DNA of 64,000 nt from an uncultured bacterium (lineage in GTDB: Bacteria > Zixibacteria > MSB-5A5 > GN15 > FEB-12): contig CAWGEP010000001.1 in NCBI GenBank assembly GCA_963821635.1, forward strand, positions 613,157-677,156, read 5' to 3'. Both the position numbers and the translations under genes were made by a program. Under the pieces are notes generated by a model, which saw only the letters and a program-made list of their open reading frames with translations, was not told the DNA's origin and did no database searches. Shown here piece after piece: positions 55,962 to 64,000 of this stretch; position 1 is the first letter of the stretch, and the number at the start of each line of letters is the position of its first letter.

Positions 55962-57836
55962 ATGCCCAACACTGACTTTGACATAATCATCATCGGCGGC
56001 GGACACGCCGGGGTAGAAGCTGCCCTGGCCGCTGTGCGCATGGGTAAATCGGCCGCGATCGTGACCATGGAAGCTTCCAAACTTGCCCTCATGTCCTGCA
56101 ATCCGGCTGTCGGCGGAATCGGCAAATCTCAACTGGTGAAAGAAGTCGATGCCCTCGGCGGCCTCATGGGAGTAGCGATCGATGCTACCGGTATTCAATT
56201 TCGCCGCCTGAATCTCTCCCGTGGCCCAGCTGTGTGGTCCACCCGGGCCCAGGCGGATCGGCGATTTTACAATCAGTACGTGGTTGATTTCTGCCGCGCT
56301 CAGGCGAAGGTTGAGATTATCGAGGCTTTGGCCGGTGCGATCTTGCACGAGCATGGTTGGGTGGTTGGCATCAGAACCGAAGACGGAACCCCTATTCTCG
56401 CACGGGCGGTGGTGGTTGCCACCGGCACTTTCCTCGGTGGACTGATTCACATCGGAGAAAAGCAGATTCCTGCCGGCCGCATAGGGGAGAAGGCGGCCTA
56501 TAAGCTCTCCGAGTCTTTTCGGGAGTTAGGTTTTGAACTGGGGCGCCTCAAGACCGGCACTCCGCCCCGTCTCGATGGCGACACGATCGATTGGTCTGTG
56601 TGCGAGGTTCAGCCGGGCGAGGATCCCATTCCATACTTCTCCTACCGAACTTCGTATCGGGATTTTGTCCAAACCCCCTGCCACCTAACCGCAACCACGG
56701 CAAGAACTAAAGAAATCATCGCCGCCAATTTCCATCGTTCGCCGATCTTTTCCGGTCAGATAACATCAAAAGGGCCAAGATATTGCCCGTCTATCGAGGA
56801 CAAGTTCTTCCGCTTCGCCGACAAGGCCACTCACCACATCTTTCTTGAACCAGAAGGAAACGGTACTAGTGACGTCTACCCCAACGGCTTCTCCACCGCC
56901 CTCCCGGAGGAAGTTCAAAATGAGGCGATCCGAACTGTGCGAGGTCTCGAGCAGGTCCGCGTCACCCGCCCCGGATATGCGGTCGAATATGACTACTGTC
57001 CCACCCACCAGATCAAACCTTCTCTGGAAACCCGCCGTCTCAAGGGACTATTTTTCGCCGGCCAGATTAACGGGACTTCGGGGTATGAGGAAGCTGCCGC
57101 CCAGGGAATCATGGCCGGAATTAATGCGGTCCTTTCAATCGAAGGAGACGAGCCCTTTATTCTCGACCGTTCCGAAGCCTATATCGGAGTGATGATTGAC
57201 GATCTTTGTACCCGATCCACCACGGAGCCGTACCGGATGTTTACTTCTCGCTCCGAATATCGTCTGGCTCTTCGTGAAGATAACGCACGGGATCGGCTGG
57301 CTGAATTCGCCCACAAATACAGGCTGATTACCGATGATGACTTCTCCGATTTCCAGCGGCTCCAGGCCGAGACTGAGTCTGAAATCAAGATTCTATGCAA
57401 AACGCGAATTCGTGTCTCCGAACTTGGAGCCATGGCCGTGCGATTCAAGAAGTATGAGAGGGTGAGCCTTGACCAGATCATCCGGCAGCCCGGGATTGAG
57501 CTGCCCGATATCTTGCCGATTCTCGCCCGATTCGACGGCGCCTTCTCATCTGACCGCCAGATCCTCGAGCGGGCAGCGATATTTATCCGATATGAAGGGT
57601 ACATTGATAAGCAGGACCGTGAGATTTCACGGTTCAAGAAGCTTGAATCCGAAGTAATCCCCGACTCCTTTGAATATCAGATTGTCACCGGCCTCCGTAA
57701 CGAGGCCCGTGAAAAATTCTCCCGCTTCCGCCCAATCTCGCTGGGCCAGGCTGGCCGAATTGAGGGGATCACTCCCGGTGATGTCGCCGTCCTCTCCGTC
57801 CATCTCAAAAGGCACAAAGCCGAGCTGCCGGCCTGA
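55962..57836 (+). CDS. mnmG: tRNA uridine 5-carboxymethylaminomethyl modification enzyme MnmG
   Basis: The FAD-binding motif is DIIIIGGGHAGVEAA, with full-length family similarity. I prefer the ATG at 55962 to the TTG at 55947. Confidence 0.95.
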   Translation: MPNTDFDIIIIGGGHAGVEAALAAVRMGKSAAIVTMEASKLALMSCNPAVGGIGKSQLVKEVDALGGLMGVAIDATGIQFRRLNLSRGPAVWSTRAQADRRFYNQYVVDFCRAQAKVEIIEALAGAILHEHGWVVGIRTEDGTPILARAVVVATGTFLGGLIHIGEKQIPAGRIGEKAAYKLSESFRELGFELGRLKTGTPPRLDGDTIDWSVCEVQPGEDPIPYFSYRTSYRDFVQTPCHLTATTARTKEIIAANFHRSPIFSGQITSKGPRYCPSIEDKFFRFADKATHHIFLEPEGNGTSDVYPNGFSTALPEEVQNEAIRTVRGLEQVRVTRPGYAVEYDYCPTHQIKPSLETRRLKGLFFAGQINGTSGYEEAAAQGIMAGINAVLSIEGDEPFILDRSEAYIGVMIDDLCTRSTTEPYRMFTSRSEYRLALREDNARDRLAEFAHKYRLITDDDFSDFQRLQAETESEIKILCKTRIRVSELGAMAVRFKKYERVSLDQIIRQPGIELPDILPILARFDGAFSSDRQILERAAIFIRYEGYIDKQDREISRFKKLESEVIPDSFEYQIVTGLRNEAREKFSRFRPISLGQAGRIEGITPGDVAVLSVHLKRHKAELPA

Positions 57837-57840
57837 TTCT

Positions 57841-58443
57841 ATGTCCCCTAGCAATCCGACACAGCTTGACGTCCGGGCAACCCTCGACCTGTTTCTGAAA
57901 CCAGCGGAGCTTGATCGTTACTTCGACCTCCTCATGTCCGAAAACGCCAAGGTCAACCTAGTTTCACGTGAAACATCCCGGGCTGATTTCGACCGCATGG
58001 TCGCCGAGTCGCTCCTCCCGCTAACCACCCTTACCGGTGAGTTCATCAATTATCTGGATATCGGGTCCGGCGGCGGACTCCCGGCCATCCCTGTCATTCT
58101 CTCTGGCCGGATTACTGGGAAATCCATGCTGTGTGAAAGAACTCTGAAGAAAGCTGTTTGTCTGAAGAACCTGGTCTCCGGCTTGGGAATCAAAGCCGAG
58201 GTCTCCCCAAACGAATTCCTCGACCTGAAAACGAAACTCAAATTCGATCTTGTCACCCTCCGCTATGTCAAGCTTGCCCCGATCCTCCTGAAGTCGGTTC
58301 TGGCCTCGTTGACCCCAAAGGGAACCTTTCTCTATTACTCTGAACCGGCATTTATCCCGGCAAATTGTCGTGTCGAGCGTCACCAATTTATCGACCCAGT
58401 CGGTTCGATAACAAAGAGTTTCATTCTTTTCCGTATCTCTTGA
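57841..58443 (+). CDS. rsmG: 16S rRNA (guanine527-N7)-methyltransferase RsmG
   Basis: ORF 57670..58443. I trimmed the start to the ATG at 57841, just after the mnmG stop. The SAM-binding motif is YLDIGSGGGLPAIP. Confidence 0.85.
   Translation: MSPSNPTQLDVRATLDLFLKPAELDRYFDLLMSENAKVNLVSRETSRADFDRMVAESLLPLTTLTGEFINYLDIGSGGGLPAIPVILSGRITGKSMLCERTLKKAVCLKNLVSGLGIKAEVSPNEFLDLKTKLKFDLVTLRYVKLAPILLKSVLASLTPKGTFLYYSEPAFIPANCRVERHQFIDPVGSITKSFILFRIS
57960..57975. promoter_or_regulatory. parS centromere-like site (AGTTTCACGTGAAACA) inside rsmG
   Basis: It matches the TGTTTCACGTGAAACA consensus at 15 of 16 positions. The 14-bp core GTTTCACGTGAAAC is identical to the site at 55830. Confidence 0.8.
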
Positions 58444-58529
58444 TGCCCAGAGGGATTTTTTAGTTGCGCCAGAGCTCCCGGTCCCGTAACATACCAAGCC
58501 ATGCGGCGTAAGGCGAAAAGGAGTGTCGC

Positions 58530-59288
58530 TTGAGTAGGATTATTGCCATTGCCAACCAAAAAGGGGGAGTAGGGAAGACCACCACGGCGGTCAACCTGAG
58601 TTCCTGTCTGGCCGCGGCCGAAAAGAAGACCCTCCTGATTGATATGGATCCCCAGGCCAATTCCACCAGCGGGGTCGGGTTCGACAAAGCAAATATGGAA
58701 TCATCGATTTATGATATCCTTATCGGCCGCAAGGAGGTCGGCGAGGTTATCAAGCCGACCGGTCTGCAGTTTCTCAACGTGATTGCTTCATCCATCTCAC
58801 TCGTCGGCGCCGAAGTTGAACTGGTCTCGATGCTCTCGCGCGAAGGCCGCTTGAAAAGCGCCTTGCGCACGATCGTCAATGAGTACGACTACATTATTAT
58901 AGACTGCCCGCCGTCGCTCGGACTGCTCACCATCAATGCCCTCACTGCCGCGAATTCGGTGCTGATTCCAATCCAGTGCGAGTACTATGCACTCGAAGGT
59001 CTGAGTCAGCTGATGAACACCGTAAAACTAGTTCAGCAGCATTTGAATCCGGCGCTTCAGATCGAAGGAATTTTGCTCACGATGTTTGACGGCCGCCTGA
59101 ATTTGTCCAAGCAAGTGTCGGATGAAGTGCGCAAACATTTCGATAAAAAAGTCTATCAAACCGTGATCTCGCGCAACGTGCGGCTCTCCGAAGCTCCGTC
59201 GTTCGGCAAACCGATCATTCTCTATGATATTCTCTCCAGCGGAGCGGAAAATTATATGGCTCTCACCAAAGAGGTAATGGCGCAATGA
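58530..59288 (+). CDS. parA: Chromosome partitioning ATPase ParA/Soj
   Basis: The deviant Walker A motif is NQKGGVGKTTT. It has a TTG start after AAAGGAG. Confidence 0.95.
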   Translation: MSRIIAIANQKGGVGKTTTAVNLSSCLAAAEKKTLLIDMDPQANSTSGVGFDKANMESSIYDILIGRKEVGEVIKPTGLQFLNVIASSISLVGAEVELVSMLSREGRLKSALRTIVNEYDYIIIDCPPSLGLLTINALTAANSVLIPIQCEYYALEGLSQLMNTVKLVQQHLNPALQIEGILLTMFDGRLNLSKQVSDEVRKHFDKKVYQTVISRNVRLSEAPSFGKPIILYDILSSGAENYMALTKEVMAQ

Positions 59289-60136
59289 GCAAACTGGTAT
59301 TGGGAAAAGGACTCGGGGCATTGATTCCAACCGAGGAGGACAGTCCTGCCGCAACGCAGCACTACCGCACCGTGCCGACCGCCGAGATCGCTCCCAATCC
59401 GATGCAGCCGCGCCACGCCTTCGATGCCGAGAGTCTCGCAGAGCTTTCCGAATCGCTCAAACAGAACGGCATGATGCAACCGCTGGTGGTGCACGAGCAG
59501 AACGGGCGCTATGTGATCGTCGCCGGCGAACGCCGCCTGCGCGCCGCCAAAATGGCCGGGCTGCCCGAAGTTCCGGTGCTGTTGATTGACAAGCCCGATG
59601 ACACCCGCATGCTCGAGCTGGCGCTCATTGAAAATATTCAACGCGAAAATCTCAATCCCATGGAGCTCGCCTCGGGCTACAAAAAGCTTATCGAGCAGTG
59701 TCATATCACACAGCATGATCTCGGCGCCCGGGTCGGAAAAAGTCGCACGGCCGTCGCCAACACCCTTCGGCTTTTGACTCTTCCGGCCGATATTCAAAAT
59801 ATGATTCGTCAGGGACAGCTCACCGAAGGTCACGCCCGCGCGCTGCTTTCGCTTCCGGATGAAAGTGCCATGCGCGAGATGGCCCAGCGGATTATCAACG
59901 GCGGGCTCTCCGTGCGCTCGGCCGAGCAGGAAGCGACTAAGACGAAGAAGAGGCGGCTCGTTCCGAAACGAAAACTCCCCGCGCTCAGCGAAATCGAGAA
60001 TCAGTTGAAGCAACTACTCGGTACATCAGTCAAAATAATCCCCGGGCTGAAGCGGGGTCGAATTGAAATAGAATATTACGGCGATGACGATCTGGAACGC
60101 CTGATCGAGCTGATGCGCCGCATTGAGAACCGCTGA
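59285..60136 (+). CDS. parB: Chromosome partitioning protein ParB/Spo0J
   Basis: It has a ParB box (VIVAGERRLRAAKMAG, IENIQRENLNPMELA) and an HTH. The start overlaps the parA stop (ATGA). Confidence 0.95.
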   Translation: MSKLVLGKGLGALIPTEEDSPAATQHYRTVPTAEIAPNPMQPRHAFDAESLAELSESLKQNGMMQPLVVHEQNGRYVIVAGERRLRAAKMAGLPEVPVLLIDKPDDTRMLELALIENIQRENLNPMELASGYKKLIEQCHITQHDLGARVGKSRTAVANTLRLLTLPADIQNMIRQGQLTEGHARALLSLPDESAMREMAQRIINGGLSVRSAEQEATKTKKRRLVPKRKLPALSEIENQLKQLLGTSVKIIPGLKRGRIEIEYYGDDDLERLIELMRRIENR

Positions 60137-60918
60137 TGTCGACGGGAAAATATGTCACGATCATGTTTGTCCCCGAAGGCACCGACGCCGGAAAGAGCTT
60201 TCGAGTCCGCCGTTATATTCTGGAGATGGCGGCGGTCGCCTTTGGCCTGACGATCATTGGGATCATCCTGTTCTTTGTGTTTTACGGTACGATGGTTGCC
60301 CGCACCGCGATGGCGGAGCGATTGAAAGCTGAAAACGACGAACTGCGGCGTTACCGGTATAAAGTGAAATTACTTGAAGATAACCTTTTGCAGACGCGAG
60401 ATATGGTGAATCGCCTGACCAAGATGGCCGGAATCGATTACAAATTTCCGGATATTCCTCCGGACTCGGTGCTGCTCGAGGCCACTTCCCGCCCCGACCC
60501 CGCGGTCCTGGATCGTTCGAGCGCCAATCCCACTATTCCGGCCGGTATGCCGGTCCGCGGCTTTGTCTCGCGCGATTTCATCCAGGAAGGGGGACTCTAT
60601 CACCCCGGCATCGATATCAGCTGTGCTATCGGCACGCCGGTTCTCGCCACCGCCTCAGGGGTGGTGAGTTTCGCCGGAGTTGACACCGCCTATGGAAACA
60701 TGGTCATCATCAAACATAGCGACAGTATCAGCACTGTGTACGGTCATAACGACACGCTCCTGGTCAAGGTTGGCGACCAGGTAATGGTGGGGGGAAGGAT
60801 TGCCTTGTCCGGTAATACCGGCAAATCAACCGCGCCTCATGTCCATTACGAAGTACGGGTGCATGATAAACCTATAAATCCGTTGGAAAGTCCTTATGAT
60901 CAAAAAACCATTCAGTAA
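60136..60918 (+). CDS. M23 family metallopeptidase, membrane-anchored with coiled-coil
   Basis: HPGIDI...GNMVIIKHSDSISTVYGHN...GNTGKSTAPHVHYEV is the M23 signature. The start overlaps the parB stop (TGATG). Confidence 0.9.
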   Translation: MSTGKYVTIMFVPEGTDAGKSFRVRRYILEMAAVAFGLTIIGIILFFVFYGTMVARTAMAERLKAENDELRRYRYKVKLLEDNLLQTRDMVNRLTKMAGIDYKFPDIPPDSVLLEATSRPDPAVLDRSSANPTIPAGMPVRGFVSRDFIQEGGLYHPGIDISCAIGTPVLATASGVVSFAGVDTAYGNMVIIKHSDSISTVYGHNDTLLVKVGDQVMVGGRIALSGNTGKSTAPHVHYEVRVHDKPINPLESPYDQKTIQ

Positions 60919-61336
60919 CGAAGAGGATGGGCTGATGAACACCATTATCGGGAAAGACACACTCATCACCGGCACGATCGATGTGAAGGGGGCGCTGCGG
61001 GTCGACGGCACGGTCAAGGGAAAGATCATCTGCACCGATTGCGTGACCGTGGGCGCGACCGGTTTGATTGAAGCCGATATCGAATCCGTCACCGCCGTGA
61101 TCGCCGGACGGATGGTCGGCAATGTGGTGACCGCCGACAAGATCGAATTGCAGGCCAAGTGTGAGCTCGAAGGTGACATCAAGACTAAATCGCTGGTGAT
61201 CGAACAGGGAGCCATGTTCTGCGGCGCCTGTAACATGAAAGGCGGCAACAACCGCTCCGAACTAGGTTTCCTGCCTCCTGAAGAGAGAAAAGAAGAGCTG
61301 CTCTCTCAGGAAAAGAAGACGTTTAAGCTCCCGTGA
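60896..61336 (+). CDS. Bactofilin (polymer-forming cytoskeletal protein)
   Basis: The beta-helical repeat pattern is IIGKDTLITGTIDVKGALRVDGTVKGKIICTDCVTVGATGLIEADIES..VIAGRMVGNV. An alternative start at ATG 60935 would remove the 23-nt overlap with the M23 gene. Confidence 0.85.
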   Translation: MIKKPFSNEEDGLMNTIIGKDTLITGTIDVKGALRVDGTVKGKIICTDCVTVGATGLIEADIESVTAVIAGRMVGNVVTADKIELQAKCELEGDIKTKSLVIEQGAMFCGACNMKGGNNRSELGFLPPEERKEELLSQEKKTFKLP

Positions 61337-61347
61337 TTTCCCCCTCG

Positions 61348-61450
61348 TGTGGATATCAGGGGAAAACTGTGGACAACCGCATAACCTGTTGCTGTTCAGA
61401 CTGATAAAAAAGAACCGAATTGGTCCATCCTTGCGGTTTGTCCACAGTTC
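61348..61450. promoter_or_regulatory. DnaA-box-like motifs arranged as a long inverted repeat
   Basis: Three motifs each lie one mismatch from TTATCCACA/TGTGGATAA: TGTGGATAT (61348-61356), TGTGGACAA (61368-61376) and TTGTCCACA (61438-61446). AACTGTGGACAACCGC (61365-61380) is the near-perfect inverse of GCGGTTTGTCCACAGTT (61434-61450). Confidence 0.4.
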
Positions 61451-61748
61451 TTGACTTTCTTAGTGATTGAGATTTAGTCGGTTAGGACTGTATCATCAAG
61501 TAGTTCGTTAATTCCGTCACATTCCCACCTTGGCATATTCAGTCCAGTTTTGGTTTGTTTATCTACTTCCTGTCTTTGCCTTTTCAGTTTCGCTTGAGCG
61601 TGGAGCCACCTTTCACGTTTCGTTTGGTTTTCCCTCTCGGTCCTCGTATTTTGGCGCGCATTATTCATTTGCACAGGCGAAGGCGAAACATGGTCGGCCC
61701 TTGAGAGTACAAGAGCCATGACCCCACTGCAACTTCTCGGAGGAATTC

Positions 61749-62753
61749 ATGTCCCCTTCTGAACGTTCCGATCTCCAGGCTGTCGAATACCTGCATACCT
61801 CGTATGAACGGATCCGCAAAGAGATCGGCAAAGTCATCATCGGCCAGGATAAAGTCATCGAACAATTACTTGATTTCCCTGCTCTCGTCCGGCCACTGCC
61901 TTCTGGTCGGCGTCCCGGGATTGGCCAAGACCCTCCTGATCTCGACTCTCGCCCGTGTCCTCAACCTGAAATTCAGCCGCATCCAGTTCACCCCCGACCT
62001 GATGCCTTCGGATATCACCGGCACGGAAATCATCGAAGAGGACCAGGCCAGCCGCCGCCGGGATTTCCGCTTTGTCAAAGGTCCGGTATTTGCCAATATC
62101 ATATTGGCCGATGAAATCAACCGCACACCGCCCAAAACCCAGGCCGCACTGCTCCAGGCGATGCAGGAGCACGAAGTCACCGCCTCCGGCATGACCTACA
62201 AACTGGATGAACCGTTCTTCGTCCTTGCCACTCAGAACCCGATCGAACAGGAAGGGACCTATCCGCTTCCCGAGGCACAGCTCGACCGCTTTATGTTCAA
62301 CGTGTTTGTTGATTATCCCTCTGCTCTCGAAGAACGCGATATCGTCAAATCCACCACGACTGTGATAACGCACCAGCTGGATAAGGTCCTGTCCCTGAAG
62401 AGATCGTAGCGTTTCAACAACTCGTGCGGAGAGTCCCGGTCTCAGACCATCTGGTGGAATACGCCGTGCAACTGGTCCGTGCTACTCGGCCCAAAGAAGA
62501 CGGCGCTCTTGAATTCGTGAAGAACTGGGTCAACTGGGGCGCCGGTCCCCGTGCCTCGCAATATTTGATTTTGGCCGCCAAGACCAAGGCGATTCTCGAG
62601 GGACGCCCGACTCCCGGTCCCGAAGATGTCCGGTTCGCCGCGTATCCGGTTCTGCGCCATCGGATCGTGACTTCGTTCAACGCCGAAGCTGACGGCGTCG
62701 ACACCATGGAGATCATCAAGCGAATTATGGAGACGGTTAAGGAGAAGGCGTGA
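61749..62753 (+). pseudogene. MoxR-like AAA+ ATPase, two frameshifts
   Basis: ORF 61749.. gives the N-terminal piece ([20 protein letters not shown]). ORF 61804..62409 gives the core ([39 protein letters not shown]). ORF 62424..62753 gives the C-terminal lid (GAGPRASQYLILAAKTKAILEGR). The shifts are near 61870-61876 and at the CCC run at 62393-62395. Confidence 0.85.
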
Positions 62754-63766
62754 CCGCTCACCGCGTAATTTTCGGCGATTCGCGCTCCATGTCGCTTCTC
62801 CCGGAGAAGTCGGTTCACCTCATTATCACATCGCCCCCTTACTGGCAGCTCAAGGATTACGGCGCCAAGAACCAAATCGGTTATGACGACACCTATGAAG
62901 CCTATATCAACAATCTGAACCTGGTCTGGATGGAGTGCCACCGCGTACTTCACGATGGCTGCCGGATGTGCATAAACATCGGCGACCAGTTCGCCCGCTC
63001 GGTCTATTACGGACGATACAAAGTCATTCCGATTCGCACCGAGATAACCCGCTTCTGCGAAACGATCGGCTTTGATTTTATGGGCTCGATCATCTGGCAG
63101 AAAGTCACGACCTGCAACACCACCGGCGGCGCGAGTGTGATGGGTTCATTCCCTTACCCGCGCAACGGCATTGTCAAAATTGACTACGAGTTCATCCTGT
63201 TGTTCAAAAAACACGGCACCGCGCCCGAGGTCAGCCAGGAGGCCAAAGAGCTCTCCAGGATGACCACTCAGGAGTGGAACGAATACTTTTATGGCCACTG
63301 GACCTTCCCCGGTGAGAGACAAGCGGAACATATCGCCATGTTTCCGGAGGAATTGCCAAAACGGTTGATCCGGATGTTCAGTTTTGCCGGCGAGACGGTA
63401 CTCGATCCGTTTCTCGGCAGCGGGACAACCTCGCTGGCAGCTCTTAAGCTGGGGCGAAGTTCGGCGGGATATGAAATCAATCCCGATTATGATTCCGCCA
63501 TCCGGGCCAAACTCGGCTCGGAGCCTGACCTTGTCACTGAGAACATCGTAACGTTCGAACACCCCCTGGAGGCTGGAGTCGTGCCTTCGCTCCAGAAATT
63601 ACCGTATCTGTTTCATGATCCACTTAAGTTTGACAAGAAGATTGATCCGAAAAGCCTGACTTTTGGATCGAAGATCGATGCCGGCACACCGGTCCGGACC
63701 GATCTACTCCAGAAGCGGCGGGCCGTTTCCCAACCCGCCCTTCGTCGAAAGGAAGCTTTGAGGTAG
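62750..63766 (+). CDS. DNA methyltransferase, beta-class (motif IV SPPY before motif I), probably N4-cytosine or N6-adenine specific
   Basis: HLIITSPPYW is motif IV, and VLDPFLGSGTTSLAALKLGRSSAGYEINPDY is motif I (FxGxG). The GTG start after AAGGAG overlaps the MoxR stop (GTGA). Confidence 0.85.
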   Translation: MTAHRVIFGDSRSMSLLPEKSVHLIITSPPYWQLKDYGAKNQIGYDDTYEAYINNLNLVWMECHRVLHDGCRMCINIGDQFARSVYYGRYKVIPIRTEITRFCETIGFDFMGSIIWQKVTTCNTTGGASVMGSFPYPRNGIVKIDYEFILLFKKHGTAPEVSQEAKELSRMTTQEWNEYFYGHWTFPGERQAEHIAMFPEELPKRLIRMFSFAGETVLDPFLGSGTTSLAALKLGRSSAGYEINPDYDSAIRAKLGSEPDLVTENIVTFEHPLEAGVVPSLQKLPYLFHDPLKFDKKIDPKSLTFGSKIDAGTPVRTDLLQKRRAVSQPALRRKEALR

Positions 63767-63787
63767 GCCGGTTGAATTATTTTGTGC

Positions 63788-63867
63788 CACACCCGAAGGG
63801 TGTGATTTAAAATCTAACGTAGCCGAGACTGTTCGAAGAATTGTCATTCCCGCGAAGGCGGGAATCC
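63788..63867. repeat. Palindromic repeat elements (CACACCCGAAGGGTGTG and TGTCATTCCCGCGAAGGCGGGAATCC)
   Basis: These belong to the same family as the elements at 15072-15172, 16045-16406 and 27705-27960. The first hairpin parallels CCCACCCTAAAGGGTGGG at 15072-15089. Confidence 0.75.
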
Positions 63868-63892
63868 AGACCAACCAGACGCAAGAAGTATC

Positions 63893-64000
63893 ATGACCAC
63901 TGACCCGTTCGAACAATTCCGCCTCTCCAATCTGCCCCACTACGCCAAGTGGTTTGTCGGGATTATTACCGTCCTCATGCTCTGTGTTTGCTTCTGGGCC
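63893..64000 (+). CDS. Membrane protein of unknown function, 5' fragment (runs off the window)
   Basis: ATG at 63893 is followed by 36 codons with no stop: MTTDPFEQFRLSNLPHYAKWFVGIITVLMLCVCFWA, which includes a hydrophobic segment. Confidence 0.4.
   Translation, partial: MTTDPFEQFRLSNLPHYAKWFVGIITVLMLCVCFWA

Noticed and set aside
61474-61719. 81-aa minus-strand ORF and 63-aa plus-strand ORF (61530..61721) in the 400-bp gap before moxR
   Set aside because: Neither has a convincing RBS. One is highly basic and low in complexity, and they overlap each other. I treat the region as non-coding pending evidence.

Overview
GC-rich bacterial chromosomal window, probably from an uncultivated diderm. 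It is mostly housekeeping and carries the classical origin-proximal block rpmH-rnpA-yidD-yidC-mnmE-mnmG-rsmG-parA-parB, followed by an M23 peptidase and a bactofilin. Two parS sites match the consensus, and a 400-bp non-coding region holds DnaA-box-like inverted repeats. Other core genes are ileS, a dksA-like gene, lspA, greA, uvrA, hflX, ilvC, nadC and a cysteine synthase plus cystathionine lyase pair.

The accessory content is envelope-centred:
- A TPP (THI-box) riboswitch precedes a TonB-dependent receptor and an SSF (ThiV/PanF-like) symporter.
- A second TonB-dependent receptor is paired with an internally duplicated HmuY-like lipoprotein.
- A FadL-like porin is paired with an esterase-like lipoprotein.
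- A Wza-like polysaccharide exporter is present.
- The most interesting item is a two-gene module: a fused monoheme cytochrome/beta-barrel protein (Cyc2-like architecture) followed by a soluble c-type cytochrome.

Other notable points:
- A family of short GC-rich palindromic repeats (GTCAT...hairpin...) occupies five intergenic loci.
- An AT-rich Fic gene sits upstream of rpmH.
- An orphan SPPY-type DNA methyltransferase is translationally coupled to a MoxR ATPase.
- Three secreted or metabolic enzyme homologs have lost catalytic residues.
- At least a dozen genes have interrupted reading frames, including uvrA and lspA. Several breaks lie at homopolymer runs, so assembly error must be separated from true pseudogenisation.

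I found no rRNA, tRNA, CRISPR array or transposase.
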